From: Fistulifera solaris
Lineage: Eukaryota
Direction: 5' to 3'
Assembly (NCBI GenBank): GCA_030295235.1
Contig: AP026158.1
Coordinates: 186,001-250,000, forward strand
Length of the DNA stretch: 64,000 nt
In this document: positions 36,482 to 48,857 of the stretch, in pieces
Layout: each line of letters starts with the position of its first letter
Numbering within the stretch: the stretch's first letter is position 1
Notes under the pieces: model-generated
Told to the model about the DNA's origin: nothing
Database searches by the model: none
Seen by the model: only the letters and a program-made list of their open reading frames with translations
Position numbers and translations under genes: made by a program

Positions 36482-37363
36482 ATGACAGCATCACCAAGAA
36501 ATCAAGTATCAAAAATCACAATTCAATTTCCGATAAAGGATATTCCGAAAGCCTTCGCTATCGGGACTTTGGCGGGGACGATGGGATCGTTAGCCGGAAT
36601 GGGCGGAGGCTTTGTCATGATACCGCTGTTGACAGGGGTTTGTCGATTAAGTCAACATCAAGCTCACGGAACTTCGCTGGCGGCTGTCATGGCGACAGGT
36701 CTTGCGGGTGCTGTCTCCTATCAGGATCACGTTGATTTCGCCGCGGCGGGGCCGTTGGCGGCGGCTGCCATGCTCACGGCTTCCCTGGGAGCCAAAACGA
36801 CCACTTTCTTATCGGAAAAATGGCTAAAACGGGCACTGGGAGTCTTGTTATTGGTCATGGGCCCCGCGGTACCGGCCAAGCAACATATCGTCGAACAGTA
36901 CTCGCATCTACATCATCCGCAAAACACAATGGAAGGAGAAGAGAACTACGCGACATCAACATCACACAATATTGAATCGTCTTACCCCAAATGGGTCGCT
37001 CCCGCAAGTATTGGATTATGCTCGGGATATTTAGCGGGTTTGTTTGGTGTGGGAGGTGGTACTCTGGTCGTACCGGCGTTGCTTTTTACTCAGCAAGACG
37101 ATTCTTCTGCTCCGTACACGCACCATCAGGCACTCGCCACTTCCTTGGCGGCCATGGTACTCCCCGCTTTCGTCGGAACGGTGACACACACCAAGGCAGG
37201 AAATGTTGCATTTCGTTTGGCACCCCCATTGGCATTGGGGGCGTTGTTGGGGGCGTATGGAGGTGGGAAATTAGCCGTTGCGACGAACGAGTCCACTTTA
37301 CAGTGGGGATTTTCAGCCCTGTTGGTATTACTGGGGGTGCGGACGTTACAAAAGACCTTTTAA
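36482..37363 (+). CDS. Sulfite exporter TauE/SafE family membrane protein
   Basis: Duplicated G.GGG..P and A.(G/A)TSL motifs; multiple TM helices. Confidence 0.9.
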   Translation: MTASPRNQVSKITIQFPIKDIPKAFAIGTLAGTMGSLAGMGGGFVMIPLLTGVCRLSQHQAHGTSLAAVMATGLAGAVSYQDHVDFAAAGPLAAAAMLTASLGAKTTTFLSEKWLKRALGVLLLVMGPAVPAKQHIVEQYSHLHHPQNTMEGEENYATSTSHNIESSYPKWVAPASIGLCSGYLAGLFGVGGGTLVVPALLFTQQDDSSAPYTHHQALATSLAAMVLPAFVGTVTHTKAGNVAFRLAPPLALGALLGAYGGGKLAVATNESTLQWGFSALLVLLGVRTLQKTF

Positions 37364-37605
37364 AGACCCAAATTAAAAAACTCTAAGCATTCATCACAGT
37401 ATCTTGCGCATAAGCTACACGGACTTCAAAAGGCGACGAACAAATGACGCGAAGAAGATCAAACAAGAGGATTAGCATAGAACTTGTATGCCCATGAAAG
37501 GAAAGAAGCTTTCTTCGGCGCTTGGAGTCAAGTGCAGGTCGAGAATGCCGTTCCTTGATCTAATCCTACTAAGTAATCGAATATCTAGTAAAGATCTTCC
37601 GTGAA

Positions 37606-37989
37606 TCATTCTGGGTGGTGAGCTGTACTTGTGCGAAGATCATTATCATCCTCGTCACTATCTTCTTGAACAGATGTTTCTCCCACACTGTTGGTACTTT
37701 GTTTGGTTTCTTCTTCGGCTCTTCGTTCTGAGGAAGAAGCAAAGGGGGCAACCCTGTGACCATCATCGCCAATAGTTAGCATAGATGAGCTCGATTCGTG
37801 CAAATCAGGCGAAGAGCTGCTGGAGTGATCCATGTTCATAGTACTGGAACCGTCTAGTTGTCTCGATATTTCCAAAGCTTCAGTGAGTATTTCGCAAAGT
37901 TGCCTTCTCCTTTCTTCGGCAGACATGGGATCGTTGTCGTTATTGTTGTTGACATTACGCGCGTTCTGATTCTGCTGCCGTCGTGACAT
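37606..37989 (-). CDS. Short low-complexity hypothetical protein
   Basis: MSRRQQ..EERRRQLCEILTEALEI; possible 5'UTR intron donor near 38069. Confidence 0.45.
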   Translation of the reverse strand: MSRRQQNQNARNVNNNNDNDPMSAEERRRQLCEILTEALEISRQLDGSSTMNMDHSSSSSPDLHESSSSMLTIGDDGHRVAPFASSSERRAEEETKQSTNSVGETSVQEDSDEDDNDLRTSTAHHPE

Positions 37990-40069
37990 TCTTCTTCGTC
38001 TCAGCAATGATGTGAAAGAAGAAAGATCGAAATGTTGCTTATTCATGAGAGTCAGTGAGGAAAAACTTACCTGAGAATGTATCTCACTAGCATAGAGGTG
38101 CTTGCCGTTGCTTGTGATGAAGTTCCCAGAAAAGAGCCGAACAGCTTGTTTTTCGCCCCCCGGTGGTTTCACACGACATCCTACGCATGTAGACAAATCG
38201 GCGTTTTCGCGACCCGCGTTTCGGAGAAAAGGAGGACGATTCCCGCGCTCATTTCTGTCACTGGCGAGCGGCAAGTATCAAGTTGCGAGAAGTTTGTGTC
38301 AGTTCTGCCTGCCCTGACTTGACAATTCTTGGGTCTTTATCTTTGGTGTCGTGCAATCTACGTACAATCCCTCAACTGACATTATGTGGGACCACAGTAT
38401 ACAGTTATAAAGATATGAAGCAGAATCAAGAGTCACTGGAATTTTATGAGAACCGCGTGACATTAACTTCGTCTTTAATGGTTTGTCCTATAGCCTCCAG
38501 ATATAAGTGAATATTATTACACATTTCTATGAAAGAGGCGTAGATTGCGGGGATACTGTCAATAAAATTGTAGGAAGCAGGTCTTGTGGGGACTTTCGTC
38601 ATCACAAGTGGAATCGGAATTTGTTATGCAGCGCTCTTGCCTGAGTAAAATTTGGCAAGCGGGGTTTTCACTTTTCATTCCTTTACTTAACCCCGTCTAC
38701 CAAAAAACTTAAGCCTTGTCATTGTTTTTCATCTACACCAGATTCATGGTGATTCACTATTCACTCCATCGATTATGTACTATGTAATATCTATCTCTTG
38801 CGGAATCCCGAATAAACAGACCTGCCTGTTATACAAAGTATTTAAGCGTAAGTATCGTTAGTACTCTAATTTCTTCACCGACGGCCATTGCCTTTCTTCC
38901 ACCTTTTATTATTGCCTTATCGGAATTTTCGCCTCCTGAAATTTCTTTTTATTCGCTCATTTCCTAAAAAAACAATGCAGAAACTTCTAATCAATCCTCA
39001 ACTTTATTGCCTCTCAATGGTAATTTCCATATTTAACAAATTAACCGGACGCTGGACATCCAATCAGAGTACCTCTACAAACTGCGAAATCCCGTCATAC
39101 CTGGTATTAGGTATTATGTATTAGGTAGTTTTTTGCAGTTCGAAGATGCAATTTCAAATTTTAACCACACCACCAAACTACAAGGTACTCCGTACTTCCT
39201 AGAAACTCTGGAAAAATCAAACAGATGCGAGATCTTCTGTGAGGGTAACGAAAAATATTCCGTACTGGTACCAGTACTCAGATTAGGCCGTATGGCGTTT
39301 CAAAAAGAGTCGTCTGGAGCATCGCTTTCGGAATTATATTGGGAACCTGCCAAGGGTGGACTAATGCAAAAACACATGCCTTGAACGTCTTATTCCTAGC
39401 CCCTACATTTTTAGTATTGGCGTCCCGTGAAGAAACGGGTTGAATCTACACGACTCCTTTTTTATCTCCGGAGCCTCATCTCACTGAATGCAATTCCATT
39501 TTATTTTCCGTTGATGCCCACTTGTCGAGGATGATAGAAAAAAACGAACTGATCGTCCTACATGCAAGATTTCTAATTTGCAACTTCCAAGCCATGATGA
39601 AATCCAACAACACGGAGTTTCGTTTGTTCTTCGTAGACAAAGACCGTCGTGGAACGAAGTTCAGCAGTTTAAATAAAATATTGACGAAGCTCGACTTGTA
39701 AAGATGACGACGAGTCTCGGCCATTATTTCAGGTGGTTGAAATGGACTCGAGACGACTCGATCCAGTCTTACTCGAGACTCAAAGCGATGTTACGACACA
39801 GTCCTTTAGTTACTCTACGACTCTCTGCACGATTCCGACTTAAATTTGTATGTCGGATGGTCAGGTGTCTCACACCAAGACAATGAACACGACGCATGAC
39901 GGAGAATGACTTTTGAGCCACACCAAGATCCAGGGGTCATTCGTTTTCTATTCTTTACTCATCGCATTATCAATATCAACAAAGCATCACCGTTGCTGAT
40001 AATTACCAACTTTATGTTCAATAAGAGACACGTTCTTTTCGACAAGACTCAGTAAGTCGCACTCTCAAA

Positions 40070-41200
40070 ATGGAATTGAAGGCAATCGATGACGAATTGA
40101 AAAAGGTCGAACAAGAGATCGGCACGTTGGAGAGTTCTTTGGCCGGCACGAAACAACGTCGCCAACAGCTCGAGCAGAAGCGTAGCGAAGCGGCCAACAA
40201 GCAACGTGAAATTGAGGCGTACGAAGCAAAAATCGCTGCGATTAAACAGCAAATTGCGGAAACCGAAGCCGCCAAGGCTGCCGCACGGACGGAAGCGAAA
40301 CACGACGAGCCGTACGACGACGACGAAGAATACGAAGAAATTGAGGAGTATGAGGAGATTGAAGAATACGAAGAAGAAGAAGATGAGGAAGAAATATACG
40401 AAGAAATTGAAGAGGAAGAAATGGGCGAAGGTCCCATTCATGGTGGCTCTACGTCGGCGGCATTGCACGCGACCTTACAGACCAATCCGTCGCAATTCGA
40501 CTATTCCGCCGCTCGACAAGAACAGCTCGATGCCCTCAAGAAACAGAATCAGTGGTCACGACCGGAGTATGCGCAACCCACGCATGCCACACAGACCTAC
40601 GAGAATCATAAAACACCGGGCCACACCTTTCTCACCGATCAGCGCGCTCAACTCCAGCAAAAGTACCAGTTTGAAAAGCCCGCCTGGGCGTCTCACAACA
40701 GTGCCGATACCGCGGTGGCGATTGACAATACTCCGATTCAAAATCCGTTCCTCAAAACAAACAACGCGAGTGGCTATACGCGTCAAGTGTTCGAGAAAGA
40801 CAATCTTCATCGATCGGAGGGGAAATTTGTGGCGCCCCGTGAGAAAGTTCCACCTCGATTGGCATGGATAGTGGTAGATATTAACAAGAAGAAGGCGGGA
40901 AAGATTGTATTGCACTTGCATGGACTTGGCACAGATCAAGTGGTGGAAAATTTTCCCAATCTGGTGGGTATGACTCTCGAGCGACAGGGCAACACCAAAC
41001 CCATCTTTGTCGAAGAAATGACGGACCCGAAATTTTATATCACAACGAACTCCAAGATCAAGGATATCGATGGTCGAAAGGATGTGTACGGACTCGTGCA
41101 AGAGGGCAAGGAAGTCATTGCGGCAATCAAGAATGCGGATGAACATGCTGGTATTACCATTCGACAGTCCCACGTATTTCCGGTCAAGAAAGCCAAGTAA
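40070..41200 (+). CDS. Coiled-coil / acidic protein with degenerate cyclophilin-like C-terminal domain
   Basis: 376-aa intact ORF; heptad N-terminus, EEY repeats, two aromatic-x-x-P-x-(W/Y)A repeats; C-terminus resembles cyclophilin terminal strands. Confidence 0.75.
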   Translation: MELKAIDDELKKVEQEIGTLESSLAGTKQRRQQLEQKRSEAANKQREIEAYEAKIAAIKQQIAETEAAKAAARTEAKHDEPYDDDEEYEEIEEYEEIEEYEEEEDEEEIYEEIEEEEMGEGPIHGGSTSAALHATLQTNPSQFDYSAARQEQLDALKKQNQWSRPEYAQPTHATQTYENHKTPGHTFLTDQRAQLQQKYQFEKPAWASHNSADTAVAIDNTPIQNPFLKTNNASGYTRQVFEKDNLHRSEGKFVAPREKVPPRLAWIVVDINKKKAGKIVLHLHGLGTDQVVENFPNLVGMTLERQGNTKPIFVEEMTDPKFYITTNSKIKDIDGRKDVYGLVQEGKEVIAAIKNADEHAGITIRQSHVFPVKKAK

Positions 41201-41276
41201 AAAAAAAATGTAGCGATATTCGAAGAAGTCGACTTTTTAAAGAATATAATGAATGATTTATTCCCATATCCGTGAT

Positions 41277-42104
41277 CTATACAGATGTTGATGATGATTC
41301 TTCGGGTGCAAACGTTGGCCGGAAAATTCGACGTAACAAGGGCCGCAAAATGTAGGCGGTCAGTCCCCACACATCCCCGTGGGGTGTTGGATACACGGGA
41401 GCATCCACGAGACGAAAGGGATTGTCAGGTAATTGGTGCGTCGTTTCCTTTTGTATCAAATCTCGTATCGACACGGCCAAAACCGTGTCGACTTCCGATG
41501 GATCGCCCGGAAAATAGTCTTTTAATGGTAACGTCAAATCCGGTCGTTCCAGCATGGCAATCACCGGAGTGACGGGGATACCGCGCAAAGAAGGTAAGGG
41601 TGTACATTCTCCCAATATTTGGACACAGGCACGAAAGGAAGGAGAGAAAAGTTGAGGGTTGGGGAGTAATTCTTCGTGTGCTTCTCGAAGAGCGGTGTCC
41701 ATTAATGAACGATCGGACTCATCATCATAATGACCTCCCACAAAGGCCATTTCGGCGGCGTGATTCGTTAAATGTGCCGCACGTTTTGTCAATAAAATCG
41801 AAGGTTCGTCGTGAACACTACACAACAGAACCAGTACCGCCGCGCGTCGTCGATCATCGGACGGTTTGACTTGTATTGTTCTCGCTTTCATTTCATCCTG
41901 TTGTTTGGTGGTAAGCAACGGTATAACACCATCTTTATCTTTTAATTGATTCAATAATTCCAATAATCGAGGGTAGAATTTCTGCAACGACGTCGAAGCT
42001 CGACCGTCGGAATGATGACGAACCAGCAGTATCATCATCATCGATTTGCATTTACCCATTCGTGTCTTCGATGATGCTGAAAAGAGCGAAAAAAGCGATC
42101 GCAT
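41277..42104 (-). CDS. Nudix hydrolase, CoA pyrophosphatase (NUDT7/8-like)
   Basis: AAVLV, LLTKRAAHL.NHAAEMAFVGG, TALREAHEE Nudix box, VTPV, VWGLTAYIL. Confidence 0.9.
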   Translation of the reverse strand: MRSLFSLFSASSKTRMGKCKSMMMILLVRHHSDGRASTSLQKFYPRLLELLNQLKDKDGVIPLLTTKQQDEMKARTIQVKPSDDRRRAAVLVLLCSVHDEPSILLTKRAAHLTNHAAEMAFVGGHYDDESDRSLMDTALREAHEELLPNPQLFSPSFRACVQILGECTPLPSLRGIPVTPVIAMLERPDLTLPLKDYFPGDPSEVDTVLAVSIRDLIQKETTHQLPDNPFRLVDAPVYPTPHGDVWGLTAYILRPLLRRIFRPTFAPEESSSTSV

Positions 42105-42658
42105 TTTGTGTCTTGTTTATTTTGAAATCAAGCCAGTGCGTCAGTAATATACAAGTTCACACAATAGGTTTTCGATTACCAACAAAAGAAACAATAACGG
42201 AAGAGGTTTTAATTACATCATGATCCGAGATCCGACGCGATGATGCGATAATATTATTATGATACGATGGAACTAGTCAAAGCGAGACGGATCATCAATC
42301 ACGGATCAACTACTTTGGCGGAAACTAAAACGGTATTCGTTCTGTACACTTGAAGCTACAAAGGACTGACACCCCCCCCCCCCCCCCATGACATCACTTA
42401 CATCAACACGCACTTCGGATTTGCTTTTCGTTTTCTTCATGCCAAACTACAGCTTTTTCTCGTGTCCCTCCAATAAATCTCCACGCCCACACAACTATCA
42501 ACTATTATTAACCCTTTATTACCATCCGAATATTTCATTTTTCAATCAAATTAACTAGAGAATATACGGCTAACAAGAAGCTGTCTAGAGTGTAACAGCG
42601 AAGCGATTCGATTGAATGTGAATATAGACTGAGAGGCTACGGACGAAATAACAGTATT

Positions 42659-45054
42659 ATGTGGAGATTCATCCTTCGTCGACATCCCCGTCAGGCCCGT
42701 TTCTTTTCACAACAATTGGCTCTAAGGCAAATAACCACTCGGATCGATTATGCGACTCCCACATTTGCTGGACTCGTTTCTTGGATAATCGCTTGGGAGT
42801 TGTATCACCGGAAAGACGAGTCGTCGTCGTCGTCATCATCAGGTTGTGAAGGACGACTGCTACCACATGTAGTGCCACAATTGCCCACCAATCCTCGTAA
42901 AGAAACATTACGGTTGTTGCAAGAAATGTCAGATCAAACGGAATTATCGACGCGGTATGAAGTGGATTGGGACGAAGGTCCACTTGGGGTAGGTGCATTT
43001 GGAACGGTGTATTGGGGAGTTGACAAGAAAACGGGAGAACCCGTCGCGCTCAAAAAAGATACCCAAGGAGCTGACCGACGAAGAAGCCTTTTTACGAGAA
43101 ATGACGGCTCTGATGCACATTCAAAAAGCGGGTGGTCATCCTTATATTTGTTCCCTGCGGGATTGTTACGCGGACGGTCAGCATTACTATTTGATATTTG
43201 ATCTCGTTAGTGGTGGCGAAATGTTTGATCATTTAGTCGATCAAGGATCGTACTCGGAACGAGATGCCGCTCGATTGGTTCGTGAAGTAGCGTCCGCTTT
43301 GGCATTTTTGCATGGATTGGGTACCACACATGGTGATTTGAAGCCAGAAAACCTCATGCTCAGTACGAAAAACCCCAGCGATGCCTGTATCAAATTGGTA
43401 GATTTCGGTTGTGCACTGGTCGAAGATGAAGATAACGGCAAGGCGGTAGAGGAAGATGAGAATACGGTTGCGGCCTTTACGGTCGCTTACTGTCCGCCGG
43501 AAATCTTACGAGCCGAAGATCCCACGATGAGTCCGGCCATGGATATGTGGGCTCTAGGAGTCATACTGTATATTATGCTTACTGGAATACATCCGTTTGA
43601 TCTACGGGGCGATTCTTCAGACGAAGAAATCGAGAAAACTATATTATCCGGCAAGAAACCACCTCTTAAGAATTCGAGCATCGCGTATCACCTTTCGGAT
43701 TCGGCTATTGATATAATTGAAAAGCTCATTGAGCCGGATCCCAGCAAGCGACTCACGGCGGATGAAATGCTAGAGCATCCTTGGGTTATTGGAACGACAG
43801 CCAGCAGCGATGCGATGACGGGAGCTTCAAAGAAACTTTCTATGTTCCGTGCTTATCGAACGAAAATGTCAGCGAAAGTGTTTGCGAACATTGTTTCGTG
43901 GTCGGACGATGAAGGGGCCGATGATGTGTCCAAACGTGTTTCATTGATTGAGCGATCATTTCGCGCATTCGATTCGAAACAAAGAGGATATTTGACCAGA
44001 GAATCTGTGGAAGAACTACTTCCCGATACGGAAAAGCCAAGAAAAAGTTCGTTTAGTTTGTTCGGCAAGAACGATCCGGCAAAGTTATCATTGTCGGGTT
44101 TCTCGGATTTACTAGCCGAAAATATGCAGAATAAGTATTTTCCCAAGAACCACATAGTCTACAAAGAGGGAAGTATAGGAAATCACATGTATTTCATTAA
44201 TTCTGGCACAGTGCTCATTGAGACAGAAAGTGGATCTGTTGTAACGAGAGGTGCGGGTGACTTTTTTTGGTGAGGGAGCTTTGCTAAATCCAAAGAAAAC
44301 TCGTTCAGCAACCATTCGGTGTTTAACACCGGTACACGCTATGGAAATTAGCCGCGAGTACTTCGAGAAATACTTGGCCTCGTCGGATGCCGACCTTCTT
44401 TTGACGCTCAAAGAGAAGGATATCATTCGGAAAAGGAATCGCGCGAAAATGATCTTACGTCTCCAAAAAAAATCTGAAAGAGATGCATTATCGAAATGGG
44501 CAGACCATCTTTTCCCCAGGTGATGCTAGTGACCATTTGTTTATTGTGGAAAAGGGCAAAGTGGATATTTTGATGGATGGCAGCAATGTGTTCTCGGCGA
44601 CTCCGGGAAATGTTTTTGGGGAGTACGCAGCCATCACTGGGCGTCGCCGCAACTGCTCGGCGGAGTGTTCTGACGAAGACGGTTGTAAATTGCTCAAGAT
44701 GATGGGTCGTGATTTTCGTAAACTGGTACAGCTTTCCCCAGAGCTGGGGAGTTCTTTGCGCGATTTATCCATACGACGTGACTTTAAAAAGGCAGTTGTC
44801 AAGCGCATCAACAAAGAATTTCCTTACAATGCACCGCTGGAAGCCTTCAATGCGATCCGAAGTAACATTTGCAAAGAAGAATGTTTGTGTCAAGAAGCCA
44901 TCAGCGTTTTGATGCGCGAACTAAATCCTGAATTCACCAATGAAGACATGGGGAGGTGATGCGCACTTTGGGCCTTTCTGAAAACGAATCATTATCTTTT
45001 GAAGCGTTCAAGAAGATTTTCATTGCTGACAAGCAGCGGTCGAAAGCAATATGA
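42659..45054 (+). CDS. CAMK-type Ser/Thr kinase with EF-hand-like and two cyclic-nucleotide-binding domains
   Basis: GVGAFG, VALK, GGEMFD, HGDLKPEN, DFG, DMWALG; FRAFDSKQRGYL; GDFFGEGALL..RSATI and GNVFGE..RNCSA cNMP motifs. Homopolymer frameshifts near 43055, 44265, 44470 and 44950. Confidence 0.88.
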
Positions 45055-45718
45055 TGGACGCTGCGCTACCTACTACTGTACCTTCAGAACGTGTAAGAGC
45101 TTCAGTCTATTCTCCCTGATCCAAAAGCTGCGTAGTATGATAGCGTAAGCAGCACAACAAACCAGTGACGGGCCTCGCATAGCATGCCGCGCAACGCGGT
45201 TCTTCGAGAAAGCACCGATCTTGTCCGTCGTATGCCGACGACATTTTGTCGGGATCGGTATCATCTCAAAGAGACTTGAAGAAGTTAGCAACGGAGAATC
45301 CTTGCATTTTTCTTGTTTGTGTTGTATGATGAGGATGGTGGTCTCTAAAGTGTTGCTTGTTCCCGCACTCTTCGCTGTTAAGGAAATGACTCTTGCTAGG
45401 TCTCGATCGGACATGTCACACATCTGGAATCTGGAATTTAAGACGACGAAACATTGCAATATGTCCATAAATCGTATTCCTGAGTCAGGATACTTTTTCA
45501 CGGATATTACAAGTGGGTCATTGCTCATTTTGATGTGGAGAACAAGCGTCAGGTTCTGGTTTGTTACGACTATACCCTGAAATGTAGACGGGGTTCTTCG
45601 CGGTCCGCGAACGCAAAAGTGCGAATTGTTTTTTTTTCTGTCTCCAGCTGATGATGGCAAAGCCAAAGATTTCTCTTTCCATCAATCCTTTTTACTATTC
45701 TTAAATACAAATTTGAGC

Positions 45719-46957
45719 ATGGAAAGAATTCAAGTAGGCTGCCCTTGCGCAACAAGCCTATGCTCATCCTTTTGTGCCCCCCATACGACTCGCAAAACGC
45801 CCATTGAAACGTTACTTTCCATTATTTTACGACGACCAGAACCGGTCGATCATGATTCTATTTACTCAGTATTCGCACCCGAAGATGTAGCAACGTTACA
45901 ACTTTTGTCGGATCCGCTCGATGATTGGAGTGCCGTGGCAGACTTACTTCGTCGCGGAGCCAATTTACACGTCTGCGACAACACGAACTCGACTCCCCTC
46001 TTGCGTGCGACCCGGAATGGCCATTATCGTGTCGTGGAGTTGTTATTGCAGTCGGGCGCCGATGCAGCGCATCAAGACTTTGCGGGATTGACCGCTCTTG
46101 ATTGGGCGACGCATTATGGTGACGCTTCTTTGATTCGATTACTCCTTCCGTATTTTGTAAATTCGGCCGTCTTGCTGATCGCCGTGGAACGCAACATGCC
46201 GGACGTGGTGAGACTATTTTGCACTGACTCTCGAGTGGATGTGAATTATAAAAATGAAGAAGGATCTGCGGCTTTGCACAATGCCTGTAATACAGGCTTT
46301 GAGCAAGTGGTGGATGTTTTATTACAGCATTCCGAAATACAAGTGGATGTCATGGACGCGTCCGGTGGGACACCTTTGCTTCAAGCGTGTCAGCACGATC
46401 ATCGAAGTATTGCAATGGCTTTACTGGAAGCGGGAGCAAATGTAAATCATGCTGATCAATCCGGTGATACGCCGTTGCTCATAGCTACCAAATGTGGATA
46501 CGTCAAGTTAGTCAAGATTTTGTTGCGCTGTGGAGCTAATGTCAATGTGCGCGACTCGTACGGGACGACCGTGCTGCTCGCGGCCTGTAACTTAGCTTCT
46601 TCCAGTATACTCCAACTTATTTTACCAAAAGTGGGCAACGTCGAAGAGACAGATTCGTGTCATCTGAGTCCTTTGTTTCTGGCCACCGATCGAGGGAACC
46701 GGGAAATGGTCCGTCTTTTGTTGCATGCGGGTGCATCCATACACGAGTCCGATGATGATTTCACTCCCTTTCTACTGGCCATCGTGCAAGGACGGACCGA
46801 GATTGTCTCCGAAATGCTGCAGCATGGCACTTACGCGGACGATGATCCGACACCATTACAAACCGCCCTGTCAGCCGGTCAATTAGATGTGGTGTACCTA
46901 TTGTTGCGAGGTGATCCCCTTGCGCAACTGCAGACAATAGTTAGCAGGGCTGCTTAA
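45719..46957 (+). CDS. Ankyrin repeat protein
   Basis: Repeated G.TPL..A...G....V..LL..GA.VN units. Confidence 0.9.
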   Translation: MERIQVGCPCATSLCSSFCAPHTTRKTPIETLLSIILRRPEPVDHDSIYSVFAPEDVATLQLLSDPLDDWSAVADLLRRGANLHVCDNTNSTPLLRATRNGHYRVVELLLQSGADAAHQDFAGLTALDWATHYGDASLIRLLLPYFVNSAVLLIAVERNMPDVVRLFCTDSRVDVNYKNEEGSAALHNACNTGFEQVVDVLLQHSEIQVDVMDASGGTPLLQACQHDHRSIAMALLEAGANVNHADQSGDTPLLIATKCGYVKLVKILLRCGANVNVRDSYGTTVLLAACNLASSSILQLILPKVGNVEETDSCHLSPLFLATDRGNREMVRLLLHAGASIHESDDDFTPFLLAIVQGRTEIVSEMLQHGTYADDDPTPLQTALSAGQLDVVYLLLRGDPLAQLQTIVSRAA

Positions 46958-47247
46958 GTTACTAGATGCGTTAACTTGTGACTTGTGAGCTGACAGATGT
47001 AGAAATAACATGGATATTAAAAAGTGGAGGTCACGCAAACTTTCTGGTATCCTCAAAATTAAAATTTTAACCTACTTTTACAGTACACTCTATACTACTG
47101 TCGTTGATGGCAACACGCAGATGCCTTCCAAATCTGAGAAAAATCGCGGCCATGTTGCCTTGTATCCTGCATAAAAGTAAGTCGAACTATCGTTTACAAT
47201 TATAGGATTCCGACTCGGAAATACTCCTCCAAGGTGTTACAGCAATC

Positions 47248-48575
47248 ATGAATGATGCACAGAAGGCAACAACCCAGAAACGAAGTCATCGGGAAACAAT
47301 CGACCTGCCCGCTGGAAAGTGCGCCTTGGTGGCGGATCGCTACGAAAAAGTAGGACGCATCGGTGAAGGGTCGTATGGAGTTGTCTACAAAGCGATTGAT
47401 CGTCAAACAAACTGTACCGTTGCTTTGAAAAGATGTATACCTCATCATGAATCCAGTGATGGATTTCCCATAACGAGTGAGTGCTTTGCTTATTTGTGTG
47501 TTCTTGATCGCGTAATCGTGGCGTTCCTTTATAAAAAAAATTAGGCAACATCAAGATAAGTTCGTTATGCGAGCGAGGAAACTAAAGTTTTTCTGACCCA
47601 CATTTTCATTTATCCTATTTCTCACGCAGCCTTACGAGAAATTGAATCGCTCAAGCTATGTTCGAAACATCCCAACATTGTTGGTCTCCACCAAGTCGCC
47701 GTTTCCGAAAGTGGAGGTGTGTTTTTGGTGTTTGAACATTGCGATAAGGATCTAGCCGCTATCTTGGATGATTACTATGCAAAACACAAGAGTAGTCCTT
47801 TTCCAGAAGCATCGGTCAAGCGTTTGTTCCTACAATTACTCAGTGCACTCGAGTACTTACACGATCATCATCTCATTCATCGCGATGTGAGTAAGAATGA
47901 AAAATCGTTGCATCTGATTATCTTTACACTCTGGGCGGTTCGTCTCATAAACAATGTTTTTTTATTTTTTCTATACAGCTAAAACTCAGCAATCTTTTGT
48001 ACAAGGAAGGATCATTGAAGCTCGCCGATTTCGGCTTGTCCAGGCCGTTTTCTACGGGGATGCACGCATTGACTCCCACAGTGGCTTCTCTTTGGTATCG
48101 CCCTCCTGAACTTCTTCTAGGTGCTACAACATACACCCAGTCCATAGATATGTGGGCGTCGGGATGTATATGGTGTGAACTGTTGATAGGGTCCCCGCTC
48201 TTTCCGTGAGTCGCAATAAGTTGTTTGTGCCATTTGTACTTATCGTAATATGGTCCCTCATGCCTCCTTTCTTATAGAGGAAAGACGGAAATGGAGCAAA
48301 TCAACAAAATTTTCAAAGCATTGGGTGTCCCCAGCGAATGGCCGGCCTCTTTGAAAGACCTACTGTTGACCACGAGCATCGGACTTTTACCAACGCCGAC
48401 GAAAGAGTTGTTGGATCGTTTTGCTTTCTTGCAAGTGACAGGACTTCGAATGCTAACGTCTCTCTTGAATTACGAACCTGAACAACGTTGGACGGCAAGT
48501 CGAGCTCTCGAGTCACCTTATTTTCTTGACAAGCCATTTCCGACTCCAGAATCTGAAATGAGACGTTTTGTATAG
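47248..48575 (+). CDS. Cyclin-dependent kinase, CDK10/CDK11 (PITSLRE-like)
   Basis: GEGSYGVVY; spliced GFPITTLRE; HRDLKLSN; DFG; LWYRPPELLLG. Introns 47477-47629, 47887-47978 and 48206-48277. Confidence 0.92.
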
Positions 48576-48857
48576 GAAGGGTTTCTGTGAGACCGTGGAT
48601 GATTATGGAGTAGACGCAGCCTGTGGGTCGGCAACGTACTGGATAATATCCAAAAGATGGTTCTTCTTCAGCGTTTGCATCGTGGTCAACGATTCTTTTG
48701 AGATTGTGTACACACTCGAGCGGTGCTCGGGTGCGTGAGAAAAATCATGTTCAATTTTGACAACGAGTTTAGTTTCGGCAATATCTGACACGAAGGCAGT
48801 TTGCCTTCCCGACATCATAAGATGTCCGGTGCCGTGTTGATTTCTTATCGACACGGT

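Noticed and set aside
37460..37500. gattagcat resembling U6 snRNA
   Set aside because: No ACAGAGA box or downstream U6 sequence
45073..45666. 197-aa minus-strand ORF
   Set aside because: No motif or other support for coding
48603..48854. Small ORF immediately after the M11 stop, possible read-through
   Set aside because: TAA stop and no recognisable domain
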